A stretch of 64,000 nucleotides of DNA from the NCBI GenBank assembly GCA_012441205.1, contig GCA_012441205.1_4705.1. One strand, given 5' to 3'. This DNA comes from a phage. Shown piece after piece: positions 36,457 through 46,397 of the stretch. Position 1 is the stretch's first letter. Every line of letters starts with the position of its first letter. The position numbers and the translations under genes are program-made. The notes beneath the pieces were generated by a model that was not told the DNA's origin, searched no databases, and worked only from the letters and a program-made list of their open reading frames with translations.

Positions 36457-39054
36457 TTATAACGTGACTGTACCTAATTTGGTTGTCTTATTGAGATTAA
36501 TGACTGAGATCTGGGTATCGCTGGTCGTGATGGTGCCGATATTAACGCGCTGTCCTTTATCATCCTCTTGCTTGTGGATGGTTAATTCCAGCTCTAACTG
36601 GTTACCATTAGGAACAACGGAAACGTACCATGTTTTATTACCTGGTGAGCTATTATAGTCTTTTAGGTTATAATGGCCTTTAGGTAAGGTCATGGCCTTA
36701 CCAGCAAACAAACATGAAATATCCTCGTTGATATAAACGTCGAAACCGGAAGAAGCGATGACTGTTGAGGCCATTATTCGAGACGCGACGATACCACGAT
36801 TATAGTCGTCGATTGTGGTACCTATGACATTGAATACTTGCCCCCCGTTACCCATAATGGTCGATTCGCTAGTGTTTACGTAGCCGATACCCCAAGTCGG
36901 ATGAATGTTCCAGCGGTACCCACTGTTTTGTAAATATGTATACAAGTCTTCATAGGCCGCATTCACCCAACTACCATCACTTTTTCGTCCAGCCCTAAAT
37001 TGGAATGTATTGCTATTTCCAGATGTTCCTCGGCCAAGAGGGACATGTCCCGCCACTAACCAACCATCTGTACTTTGCATATACGCGAACGAACCGTACG
37101 CTCTGTTATCGGCCCAAATATTCACGGTATCAACACGTTCAACGTAGGCGATCACCTTTTGTACGCCGGTTATAGCGATCGAACCCTTGCGTGCCGACAC
37201 ACTAACTTCAGCAATTACGACACCCATTTTCCGCTGGCTGCTGTTAAATCCCAATACAACCATTAAACACGGTGCGTTTGTTGTTTCTGGAGGAATCGTT
37301 ATCGATTGTTTCCAGTCGGTGATTCCGCTGAGTTTTGTTCCAGTATATGCGTTCCAGACGGTTTGTCCAGCCGATTTCAGATTCTGTTCAGAAATAGAAA
37401 TGGCCTCGCCCTCAGGGATTAACGTGTCGTAATTGAGACCAATGTTGCTGGATAGACGAAGGTCGTTTAAGTAAGATCCGCTGAGTGTGACGTTACCGTT
37501 ACGATAAATTGTCAAGAATGGCGCAGCCAGGGAGTTTAATACCGTAAAGTTACTCGATGGCATGAAACCATAGACATCGATGCCATTACCGTGGTAATGG
37601 TAGTTTGTCCAACTACCTTGATAACTTACGGTACGTGCATCGTAGTGGCCTTGTCCAAGACCGCTGCTGGATAACGTGTATATCTTGGTTGCTGATAGAA
37701 ATGCGAGATATCCATGCGCTGCCAGAGCTCCAACTACCCTGTCTTTTATCTTTAACCAAGCTGAAGTATACAACGTACTGTCGGGATTCATTTTGGCTAT
37801 TTCATCGTAAGCCGTGCCTGCGAAGTTTCCGATAGTGTACGTACGTATATCCGGCTGTCCGTTATTGTCGTTCTGTACAGCAATTACTTGCCCAGAATCA
37901 TTGATATCGATATTACCGATACAGTTGTGAGCCCCCCACACCCAATATCCATCTTTATAATTGGATTCTCCTTGTGTAAATGTCGACGGTCCTCGCCACG
38001 CGATGCCGTTCGATTCGGCGTAGTAGGTAGCTTGTCCCGATCCTGGATTCATGGCGTATCTGTTATTGGTCGGGTCAAAATCGATGTAAAAATGATGCAT
38101 TCCTTGACGTTGACGGTTGTCCCGATCATTTGTCCACCACGACGAACCGACCAGAATTCGCGCCTTACCATTTTTTACAGTGGACCATAAACGTATTGCG
38201 GCGCGCCAGACGATTTGACCGATCCCGTTGGACGGGAAACTATTCGTACTGATGCTGTTGCAGACAACGAGCTCGCTGCTGTTGTTTATTTGAGTCCCTT
38301 CAATTGTAACGCCGTTTATGTTAGTAATCAGTGTTGCCGATACACTACCCCCTGTAGGGGCGATAGAGGAACGTTGAACGGTGTAAATTTTTAGTGATAA
38401 TTTATAGCCGCTCCGAATAGCTATACCAATGTAAATAGTTCCGTTAATTTCCCAACAACAAACATCGGGCATTGTTTCTTTGAAATCGGATAAAGCACCG
38501 TCGATATACATCGCAACGTGTTTACTGGCGTCGAATGTGCCGTCCGTTAACGCGATGAACATTTTGGCGTTATTGCCGTTGATATCAGCCGCTAATCCGA
38601 GTAGTATGTTGTTCTGATGACAGTAGATGGCTTTAGGTGCTAGATCCAACATAGCTGGTTGGTACTGTCGGCTTGTTGGTATTACGCTAGTAACTGCACC
38701 ATTTTGATCCGTTTTACAAATAACGTAATATACACCGTGTATGATGCTGTTTGTCGCTGACCTCAGTAGGACGATCGTCCCGTCAGATTCACGACATATA
38801 CCGTAATGGCGATAGTCGGTGATTAAACCGATAGCGCCATCGGCCGAACCTTCGATTGCCAGAGGAAAATAACTTTGGTCCCCAACCTGTTCGATATCGG
38901 TTGCGCCGATATCGATGTATTTTTCCATCTCAGTGTTGAACTCAGCGGTACTGTAGGCACCGAGATCGCTCGCCTTTAGTCCCGTTGGGTTGTCACGACT
39001 GGCGATACGTGTAGTAACGCTACTCACCAGTTCGCTGAACTTTTTCATTGCCAT
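36457..39054 (-). CDS. distal tail fibre / receptor-binding protein candidate
   Basis: 865 aa, Gly/Asn/Ser/Thr/Trp/Tyr-rich; N-terminus carries one degenerate fibre-repeat-like motif (RDNPTGLKASDLG). Confidence 0.6.
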   Translation of the reverse strand: MAMKKFSELVSSVTTRIASRDNPTGLKASDLGAYSTAEFNTEMEKYIDIGATDIEQVGDQSYFPLAIEGSADGAIGLITDYRHYGICRESDGTIVLLRSATNSIIHGVYYVICKTDQNGAVTSVIPTSRQYQPAMLDLAPKAIYCHQNNILLGLAADINGNNAKMFIALTDGTFDASKHVAMYIDGALSDFKETMPDVCCWEINGTIYIGIAIRSGYKLSLKIYTVQRSSIAPTGGSVSATLITNINGVTIEGTQINNSSELVVCNSISTNSFPSNGIGQIVWRAAIRLWSTVKNGKARILVGSSWWTNDRDNRQRQGMHHFYIDFDPTNNRYAMNPGSGQATYYAESNGIAWRGPSTFTQGESNYKDGYWVWGAHNCIGNIDINDSGQVIAVQNDNNGQPDIRTYTIGNFAGTAYDEIAKMNPDSTLYTSAWLKIKDRVVGALAAHGYLAFLSATKIYTLSSSGLGQGHYDARTVSYQGSWTNYHYHGNGIDVYGFMPSSNFTVLNSLAAPFLTIYRNGNVTLSGSYLNDLRLSSNIGLNYDTLIPEGEAISISEQNLKSAGQTVWNAYTGTKLSGITDWKQSITIPPETTNAPCLMVVLGFNSSQRKMGVVIAEVSVSARKGSIAITGVQKVIAYVERVDTVNIWADNRAYGSFAYMQSTDGWLVAGHVPLGRGTSGNSNTFQFRAGRKSDGSWVNAAYEDLYTYLQNSGYRWNIHPTWGIGYVNTSESTIMGNGGQVFNVIGTTIDDYNRGIVASRIMASTVIASSGFDVYINEDISCLFAGKAMTLPKGHYNLKDYNSSPGNKTWYVSVVPNGNQLELELTIHKQEDDKGQRVNIGTITTSDTQISVINLNKTTKLGTVTL

Positions 39055-39066
39055 TATTCACCTCGA

Positions 39067-39552
39067 TTAAATAGGCGAGTCGGGTAGCTGACCATCATCG
39101 ATCTCGATGGTGGCCACCTTACGTGTTGCAGCAAGATGTGATGTACCCTGGATTTTGTTCCAGGTGCCGATACGCATGGCGTTTTTGTAGCTGCTATCGC
39201 TATCGTTCAGCGTGTAAACAAAACCGCTATCGGTTACGGCAAGATAGATCCAGCCTACAGACTCACTGATGCCTGACACATCCAAAGTTGCTGCTGGCAC
39301 CGTCCCTACCACCGTGTTGTATTCCGCTGTACCTTGACCAATGCTGATCCGGCCGTTGCTGTAAGTGGCTGCCGGAAGCGTTTTATTTCGACTGAAGAAA
39401 AGAAACGGAAGGTAACGCTGAGTAACAAGCGGTGCAAGTTTAGGAGCCACTTCGGTCTTAACGTAGACATTTGTTTGTGCTGGCGTTACCTCGTGAGGGT
39501 TCTTTTGGGTGAGATACGCTCCCCATTCAGAAAGCAATGTTGATAGCTTCAT
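39067..39552 (-). CDS. small tail-fibre-associated protein (paralog of 39557..40072)
   Basis: N-terminus LSEWGAYLTQKNPHEVTPAQ carries the NPHxVTxAQ motif of the fibre repeats. Confidence 0.5.
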   Translation of the reverse strand: MKLSTLLSEWGAYLTQKNPHEVTPAQTNVYVKTEVAPKLAPLVTQRYLPFLFFSRNKTLPAATYSNGRISIGQGTAEYNTVVGTVPAATLDVSGISESVGWIYLAVTDSGFVYTLNDSDSSYKNAMRIGTWNKIQGTSHLAATRKVATIEIDDGQLPDSPI

Positions 39553-39556
39553 GCGG

Positions 39557-40072
39557 TTACCCCATGTAACGTTTTTGGCCGAGGATGAAGACTTTGTTGA
39601 ATACCACCGAAGTGATTCCTGTTGCGTTACAGCTCACCTGCCCGACGCGAATTGCTGTTGATGTATCGACCCCAGCACTACTCTGCCAGATCCAATCGAT
39701 CGATCCGTCTTTCTGACGAATGAAAAGATAACCGGTTTTGTTCGCCCAGTCGGAAGTAAGTTTTTTGATGTCTAGCGTTCCCTTCGCCAGAATATAGTCG
39801 GTACCGGCGATCATGACGGGTATTTCAGGATACGAGATTACCGTACCGCTGGCAGTAACGTTGCTGATGCGTTCGCTACGAATATCGGTACAGTCACCGA
39901 AATACGCTACGGGGAGTATCCCCTTAGGGAGCTTTTTGCCGATTCTCGTATCGATCGTGTTTTTATCGGGTGCGTCGATTTGCGCTGCGGTGACTTGGTT
40001 AGGGTTATCCTTCCTTGCGTACCATGTCGTCATGCGAGCACCCAATTCACTCATTTTTGTGCCCATTTTCAC
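39557..40072 (-). CDS. small tail-fibre-associated protein (paralog of 39067..39552)
   Basis: N-terminus MSELGARMTTWYARKDNPNQVTAAQ; similar layout to neighbour. Confidence 0.5.
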   Translation of the reverse strand: MKMGTKMSELGARMTTWYARKDNPNQVTAAQIDAPDKNTIDTRIGKKLPKGILPVAYFGDCTDIRSERISNVTASGTVISYPEIPVMIAGTDYILAKGTLDIKKLTSDWANKTGYLFIRQKDGSIDWIWQSSAGVDTSTAIRVGQVSCNATGITSVVFNKVFILGQKRYMG

Positions 40073-40123
40073 ATCCTATCGAAAAATAAAAAGAAGGAAA
40101 GGTGGGTAGAACCCACCCATCCG

Positions 40124-42277
40124 TTATAACGTTTCGAAGTCGGTTGCTTTGATAACCGCGTTGAAGTTGGCAAGGAATTCCTTAAGCAGTGCTTGGAAGA
40201 CATCACGAAACGCTGTGTTCGTCTGCAAGCTGGTTAAATAATCGTTCTTAAGGTAATCGCTCAGCTTACCGATCTTCTGCATCTTCTCGCCGTCTTGGTT
40301 CTCTCCAGGTTCTTGGCTGTTGATGTTAACCCATTTGATCCCTTCGAGATCACCATCGGCAAGGAAGTTGGCGGGTGTCTCATCGTCGTTCAGGATTTTA
40401 ATCGTATCACTGGATTCAATGCCACCGTAAGCTTCCAGAAGCTGGTTGACTGTTAGCTTATTGGTGTTGATTGAACCATTGACACCATCGATACCGATGC
40501 CTGCACCTGTGATGGATGTCGCCGAAAGATCGATCGGTCCGGTTAACTTACCACCGTTGATCGGTAACGCACCAACTTGCTCAGCGGTGTGTGTATGGTC
40601 AGCTAACGCCGCAAACGCCACGATAGACTTATATGTCGAATACGGCGTCATATACGCTGATTGGTTGGTGTTGTCAGCCGCTTCAGTATCGGTAGCGACA
40701 TTAAAGTTCTGCACGTTGCTGAGACCGACCTGCACCTTCGTTACTTCATGCGGGTTGTTCTTATTGACAACGTGTGCTGCAAAACCATCACCAGCTAAAG
40801 CAGTGATTGCCGCTTTTGTCGCAGCCGGTGTCATATAGCGGTTGGTTGCTTCACCCGTTTGCGCCTCTTCGTCGGAAGCAACAGGATAGTTCTCAACGCT
40901 TCCCAAACCGACCTGAGATTTTGTTACTTGGTGTGGGTTTTCGGTATTCGCAATATGACTACTGAACCCTTGACCCGCCAGTTGCTCGATTGCGTAACGA
41001 ACAAGTATTGGTGTCATGTACTTGTTGTTAACTTGACCATCGATAGCTTCTTGGGTGGTGGCAACCCCGAAGTTTTGCACGCTCCCCAACCCAACTTGAG
41101 ATTTTGTTACCCCATGGGGGTTATTGGTGTTACCGATGTGTTCGGTTACAGTTGGGGTGATTAATGCTGCGATAGCGGCTGCTGTGGTCGCAGGTGTCAT
41201 GTATTTATCGTTAGCAACACCCGCAGCAGCTTCTACGTTAGATGCTAAACCGTAGTTCAATACACTACCCAACCCAACCTGAGCCTTGGTTACCCCATGG
41301 GGGTTGTTCTTGTCTCCGGTATGGGTTGTCAACGAAGCATTAACGTTATCGATACGTGTACTTAAGCCATCGGTGATTGCTTTGATTGCGGCTCGTACAC
41401 CCGCTGGAGTCGTGTACAGATTTGTGGCCGTACCGGTAATAGTTGTATTACTATCGGCTACACCGTAGTTCTCAACGTTTCCGAGTCCGATCTGTGCCTT
41501 GGTCACCTTGTGTGGGTTGTTGTAGTTGCTGATGTGCGCAGCGGCACTATCACCACTCAGGTTAGCGATCATCTTACGTGTCATCGCCAACGTCATGTAC
41601 AGATTTTCACCGATGGTTTCCAGATCGCTCTCGGTCGCCGTTGTGAAGTTCTGCACATTCCCTAACCCAACCTGAGCCTTGGTTACCCCGTGGGGGTTAT
41701 CGCGACGATTCTCGTGCTGCAACAATGCGGTCATTGCTTTATTGAACCCTTCTTCAAGCGGTTCTTTCAATGATTCGATTGCAGCTACCACATCGTCCCA
41801 CGTCATTGTGTCGGTTTCGACATTATGCTGGTGGTTAATTGGCGGGAATACGGAAGGAACGTCGGCAACCTTTTCCCAGAATGTAACGCGAGGGTCGTAA
41901 AGGTTGTTGGCTAAAACGTTAAGAATTTGCTGCTGATCGAGTGTAAACTCACCCCCCAGTGAATAGTAGTTCAGTTGCAACTGTCCACTGAATGCGGTGT
42001 CCAACAGCATGATGGAACCGTATAATTCCAGGCCGGTCAGCGCAGCCATGGCACGGAAGGGGTGAGTGCATAAAAAGTCAACGCCTTCTTCCAGATACGC
42101 GTTTGTTTCAGGGTTATAGATCTTTAACCCATTACGAAAATATGGCGCGTATTTAGGAACGAGAAAGTTAAATCCGGTCCCCGTGGAAGGACGGACAGTG
42201 ACGAGTTCTTCTGGAACCCATGCGCCATCCAAATTCCCCTGCGGGTTATACGGAAGGCGTTTAATTTCATCTGTCAT
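40124..42277 (-). CDS. tail fibre protein with six fibre repeats
   Basis: Six repeats of NPHGVTK(A/S)QVGLG(N/S)V(Q/E)N(F/Y) (about 40867-41710); N-terminal domain resembles that of 34395..36443. Confidence 0.8.
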   Translation of the reverse strand: MTDEIKRLPYNPQGNLDGAWVPEELVTVRPSTGTGFNFLVPKYAPYFRNGLKIYNPETNAYLEEGVDFLCTHPFRAMAALTGLELYGSIMLLDTAFSGQLQLNYYSLGGEFTLDQQQILNVLANNLYDPRVTFWEKVADVPSVFPPINHQHNVETDTMTWDDVVAAIESLKEPLEEGFNKAMTALLQHENRRDNPHGVTKAQVGLGNVQNFTTATESDLETIGENLYMTLAMTRKMIANLSGDSAAAHISNYNNPHKVTKAQIGLGNVENYGVADSNTTITGTATNLYTTPAGVRAAIKAITDGLSTRIDNVNASLTTHTGDKNNPHGVTKAQVGLGSVLNYGLASNVEAAAGVANDKYMTPATTAAAIAALITPTVTEHIGNTNNPHGVTKSQVGLGSVQNFGVATTQEAIDGQVNNKYMTPILVRYAIEQLAGQGFSSHIANTENPHQVTKSQVGLGSVENYPVASDEEAQTGEATNRYMTPAATKAAITALAGDGFAAHVVNKNNPHEVTKVQVGLSNVQNFNVATDTEAADNTNQSAYMTPYSTYKSIVAFAALADHTHTAEQVGALPINGGKLTGPIDLSATSITGAGIGIDGVNGSINTNKLTVNQLLEAYGGIESSDTIKILNDDETPANFLADGDLEGIKWVNINSQEPGENQDGEKMQKIGKLSDYLKNDYLTSLQTNTAFRDVFQALLKEFLANFNAVIKATDFETL

Positions 42278-42308
42278 GATGCGCCCTTTACAAGTTGTTA
42301 GTAAGAGT

Positions 42309-42326
42309 GGGATACCCTGGGGTATC
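42309..42326. promoter_or_regulatory. palindrome GGATACC-ctgg-GGTATCC in divergent promoter region
   Basis: Perfect 7-bp inverted repeat between starts of 40124..42277 (-) and 42382..43662 (+); followed by AAAATATTACTGTAACTATAAAATAAG. Confidence 0.35.
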
Positions 42327-42381
42327 CTGTGTTAACAGCGGTAAAATATTACTGTAACTATAAAATAAGGGGGCCTCTACC

Positions 42382-43662
42382 ATGTATACATTGGTAAAAA
42401 CTTACGGATTACCCGTAGGTTCTGGCACGGCCTGGACAGCACTTGAGGCGGGTGAAAGTGTCCTGAGTACGTTGTTCTCAACGTATCAAAAACTCAAGAT
42501 CCAGGTTCATGAAAGCTATGCTGACCAGCAACAAGTTATTGATCTGTACGCATTTCAATCCGAGCTTCAAAATAGTAGCGATACGCTTAATGCGTGGTTG
42601 AAAGCGAAATCGGATGCGCATACCAACCTTCGCGGACAGCCCGGCGAGCTGTCGATTAAAACCCACAAGCTCTATTGCCATGACGCTATTACAGTAGGCT
42701 TTCTTCCCAAAGTCGGTAATAGCGGCTATCATCCGAGCAACGCGATCCCTGAGTCGGAACGCACTGATATCCTGTTGACGAAAGCAAATACGAATTACGA
42801 AAATATCGGCAAACATTGTCTATTCACCGTAGGCGGTTATGTTCACCCTCATGTCTACGGTAAAGATGTTGGCGTCTATATCCAGGGTGGGTTCAAAACA
42901 GCACAGCGCAGCCAAGAAAACGATATCGGCATGATTGATTTTAGCCGTATCGGGAGTTTGGAAATTCATGCTATCACAGAAGAGATGATTGCTGATTCCA
43001 CGAAGCTCTTGCCGTATAAGGACGAGATGTACTTACGGCTACCGCGCAAGGTCGCCGAAGATGAAACCGTTGCGCTGGTGTTCGGGGGATATTTACATCT
43101 TCTTGACGATTGTTACACGATCGTTAGTGACACGACAGCGAAAATAAACTGCATTAATATGTTTCTGTATGAAAGATACTTCCGCTCCCGCAAATACCTT
43201 GATTTAACATCCCTTGGTATTCTGCTGAACGAAGAAGACCCGCAGTCCGACATTGTTGCCAATCGTTTACTGTCCGATAAAGCATTAAAAGCTTGGGTGA
43301 CGCACCCCTGCAGTTTCTGGGTGTATATCAAAGCAACATCGATTCAGGTTACGCAAGAACCTTTACCACGAAGTGGCGTACCAGGACAATATTTCTTAGG
43401 TAAGAAACCGGAAGGACTGATTCGAGCCGATCTCGGCGAGTTACCGGCTTACGTGCAGACCTATGAAAAACCGTTATGGGTACTTCACTCGCGTTGGGGA
43501 CTTCGTAAGAACATGTTGTTTGAAAATACATTGTACAAACATACCCGCGTTAAGAGACTTAACGATACGCCTTATCTTCACCAGGTTTGGTTGGAAACGC
43601 ATGCGACGTTACAGACAGTACACAAGCTCGAATTGATCGATTCCAGTCAGAAAAACAAATAA
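42382..43662 (+). CDS. hypothetical protein
   Basis: 426-aa ORF; no motif recognised. Confidence 0.6.
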   Translation: MYTLVKTYGLPVGSGTAWTALEAGESVLSTLFSTYQKLKIQVHESYADQQQVIDLYAFQSELQNSSDTLNAWLKAKSDAHTNLRGQPGELSIKTHKLYCHDAITVGFLPKVGNSGYHPSNAIPESERTDILLTKANTNYENIGKHCLFTVGGYVHPHVYGKDVGVYIQGGFKTAQRSQENDIGMIDFSRIGSLEIHAITEEMIADSTKLLPYKDEMYLRLPRKVAEDETVALVFGGYLHLLDDCYTIVSDTTAKINCINMFLYERYFRSRKYLDLTSLGILLNEEDPQSDIVANRLLSDKALKAWVTHPCSFWVYIKATSIQVTQEPLPRSGVPGQYFLGKKPEGLIRADLGELPAYVQTYEKPLWVLHSRWGLRKNMLFENTLYKHTRVKRLNDTPYLHQVWLETHATLQTVHKLELIDSSQKNK

Positions 43663-43672
43663 CCAAACATAA

Positions 43673-43704
43673 CCCTCCTCCAACCCGTAAGGGAAGGAGG
43701 AGGG
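43673..43704. terminator. nested hairpin element (archetype copy) between convergent genes
   Basis: CCCTCCTCC-aa-CCCgtaaGGG-aa-GGAGGAGGG: perfect 9-bp outer stem, symmetric AA bulges, 3-bp inner stem, GTAA tetraloop. Confidence 0.65.
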
Positions 43705-43713
43705 AATATGCTG

Positions 43714-44619
43714 TTATGCTACATATAACGTCAGATAACCGTCGATGAGCGTATTCATCACACTGAGTTGAAGTACGACAGCTTTACTACCATCTGTACG
43801 TACACCGAACGGTAGTGTTTTGAATTGCTCTGGATCGGCTATTACTTGCGCATTCTGCAAGTTGAGCGGTCCAGGCATTGCTGACAATACCCAGCGATCG
43901 TTGACCATAAGGCCGTCGATCTCTTCAGAGAGACCCAATTGCAGTGCGTTCATTTCTGCGATTAGTGCCTCCGATTGCGTATCGCCTGAGGTTAGCGTAT
44001 ACCCATCGGTAAGCGATGCCAGAACACCAGCAGATACGAACCAGTTGTACGAAACAATAGCGCCTGGGAGTTTACTGCTATCTCGATCGATGATATAATT
44101 CAACCCAGCCAACATATTGTTGCGAACGAGGTTGTTGAGGTCATTATGTCCTGAGGTTAACTCAACAAGTAACTGACCAACCCATACTTGGTTACCGGGT
44201 TTAGGTGTTATCATAACCTGTATCGGTGACTTGGACTTATCCAGATCCGCGTCGACAATCTCGGTTTTGTTGAGAAGGATACCGTACGTCGATGCTAAGA
44301 CAGGTAGGATCTCAGAGACCTTGGTTAATGCATCTAAGGTTTCGATCTCGATGGGCCAGCGGTGCTGTCCGCCAGACCAGGTACCCAGTTTACCAAGATC
44401 GATGCGGTTATAATAGATGTCGACAGAGTTCACCAACCCTGAACCCGGTTGGGGATGCACGGTTAACTTGCTGTTACGCTTGTACCATGTGCTTTCAGAA
44501 GCCTCACCGATAACCAGTTTATCCAGCGTTACGCCTCGAGCATCGAAATCGCTATGCTTTCGAATCAGCAGAAAGAGGATTTCTTTCGATTCTAACCCCA
44601 GGATTTCACTGTACTCCAT
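43714..44619 (-). CDS. YYDR-domain paralog family member (structural protein candidate)
   Basis: IYYNRIDLG ... VWVGQLLVEL ... DRWVLSAMPGPLNLQNAQV shared with 46398 (DRWVLDDNIAPYNLYNAKV). Confidence 0.6.
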   Translation of the reverse strand: MEYSEILGLESKEILFLLIRKHSDFDARGVTLDKLVIGEASESTWYKRNSKLTVHPQPGSGLVNSVDIYYNRIDLGKLGTWSGGQHRWPIEIETLDALTKVSEILPVLASTYGILLNKTEIVDADLDKSKSPIQVMITPKPGNQVWVGQLLVELTSGHNDLNNLVRNNMLAGLNYIIDRDSSKLPGAIVSYNWFVSAGVLASLTDGYTLTSGDTQSEALIAEMNALQLGLSEEIDGLMVNDRWVLSAMPGPLNLQNAQVIADPEQFKTLPFGVRTDGSKAVVLQLSVMNTLIDGYLTLYVA

Positions 44620-44634
44620 TTAACACCCCTTAGG

Positions 44635-45519
44635 TTACGGTAGGATTTCTGCGCCCGTCGGGCCTGCCTTACGAGCTTCCAACGCACCAAGGTCGTATTT
44701 CAACGTCAGCGTATCGTTGGTGGTAAATAGGTTGTGATAAGTCGAAATCAGATCGGTAACCTGTGCGCCTACGATTTCGTTCATGTCGAAGGCAGAACCT
44801 TGACCATCATCAGCACGAACGATTTTGTCGCCAGCAGAGACCATCCCAATTTCAGAAATAACCGCGTACTCTTCACCACCTTCGGTGAGTTTAGCCACAT
44901 TGAGGTATTCGCTGATATCCCACGGCGTCCAGACCAAAGAGACTTTACAGCTATAATCGTAGTACTCTCCGGTTGCCACCAGAATTCCTGTTGTTGGAAT
45001 ATCCGGTCGGGGTGGGTTGAGGTTCTTGTCGGTTGGATGCCATTCAATAGTCTGAGCAACACCATCGATGTACTTGGTATATCGCGTGGAGCGGACAACG
45101 TTATCGAAATCGATGCGACGGCCGTAATAACAGATGTACTTTTTACCGTTTTCCAGTGTCTCAATACGACGTAACCCAAATCTAGCACGTTCGTCCGTGG
45201 TTAAATCGTTACCAACTTCACGCATCACGAAAGGTTTGATTTTCCATGGTGAAAGATCGCTTGCTTCGTGAGCGATCGGCATCGAGGAAGGGATGCCGTT
45301 AGCGTTGCGGATGAATTCGTGACCTTGGTTGCCGATACAGAAGTAACGTACAGCAGGATTACCCTCGGGGTAAACCTTTGATTGAATCTGAAGCTTTTCG
45401 TTCAAGGTGCTGTGTTCTTCCCATGCGTGAGGAAGACCGAGCGTAAGGTTAGTTTGTACTTGACCGCCGATAATCGTACGGACGATACGATCGGTAGCAC
45501 GGATTTGTGTAGAAGCCAT
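44635..45519 (-). CDS. hypothetical protein, possibly divergent member of the same family
   Basis: YYGRRIDF ... SLVWTPW weakly matches the family motifs. Confidence 0.5.
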   Translation of the reverse strand: MASTQIRATDRIVRTIIGGQVQTNLTLGLPHAWEEHSTLNEKLQIQSKVYPEGNPAVRYFCIGNQGHEFIRNANGIPSSMPIAHEASDLSPWKIKPFVMREVGNDLTTDERARFGLRRIETLENGKKYICYYGRRIDFDNVVRSTRYTKYIDGVAQTIEWHPTDKNLNPPRPDIPTTGILVATGEYYDYSCKVSLVWTPWDISEYLNVAKLTEGGEEYAVISEIGMVSAGDKIVRADDGQGSAFDMNEIVGAQVTDLISTYHNLFTTNDTLTLKYDLGALEARKAGPTGAEILP

Positions 45520-45535
45520 GTCTTTTCCTATTTAA

Positions 45536-46387
45536 TCAGTTATATTGCATCAACAGGATACCGCCGTAGTTCGTGCAGTAATCTTGGCTAAGCGTAACGA
45601 TAACAGCGTTAGCGAACGCAGGGTTAACAGGATAACCCTGTGCGATAAGTTCTGTTGTTTTACCGGTTGCAAGCACGGTGGCTCCGTAAAGGTTGTTTTC
45701 GTCTTCACGGCCGTTATAAACCCATGGGGTTGGCGCAACGTTGTTGAATAAGCTAACCAATGCGCTTAAGTTACCACCAACTTTTAACCCGGCGAGATCG
45801 GAACGGATAGCTGTACAGTCTATAGCGTAACTGTAGACCAATGCCTGGATACGATTTGCGGTGTAGTACGGGAAATTGAGACCGGTCATCACCGAAGTCT
45901 TCATCATCCCCGCAATATCGTGGGCACTATCGAGGAGATAGAACGTAACACTTCCCGTCCAAGCCAATCCGGTTGTTTTCAATTCTACGGTGTGAGGGAA
46001 CGGATACTCATCACCTCGTACGATCGGAGAATCGACGCAGCTATCCTGATCGATAACGATTCCGTACGTTGATTGAATCAGAGGGATAAGATCGTGCGTT
46101 GTTTTAACCCCAGCATCGATAGCAAGCTTCGGTTCCATTCCCAAGAAGAAGTCTTGGATAGGGATACGATCGTACCACACGTAGCTGCTTTCGCGGTATT
46201 GTGCTGGTGTTACTGTTGCCGAAGGGGATACCTTAGCGCGAGTGTTTCGGCTATACGCGTGGTTTCCGTTTTCAGCAACATCCGTGATATCAATTGCATC
46301 GAAGTTAAAGTCGAAGTCAGGATTGGCTGCCTGAATAAGTTCAGCGACCAGTACTTTAGGACTTTTGTTTAACAATTTCTGACTCAT
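45536..46387 (-). CDS. YYDR-domain paralog family member
   Basis: VWYDRIPIQ ... LAWTGSVTFYL ... QDYCTNYGGILLMQYN. Confidence 0.6.
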   Translation of the reverse strand: MSQKLLNKSPKVLVAELIQAANPDFDFNFDAIDITDVAENGNHAYSRNTRAKVSPSATVTPAQYRESSYVWYDRIPIQDFFLGMEPKLAIDAGVKTTHDLIPLIQSTYGIVIDQDSCVDSPIVRGDEYPFPHTVELKTTGLAWTGSVTFYLLDSAHDIAGMMKTSVMTGLNFPYYTANRIQALVYSYAIDCTAIRSDLAGLKVGGNLSALVSLFNNVAPTPWVYNGREDENNLYGATVLATGKTTELIAQGYPVNPAFANAVIVTLSQDYCTNYGGILLMQYN

Positions 46388-46397
46388 TGTTTATTCC

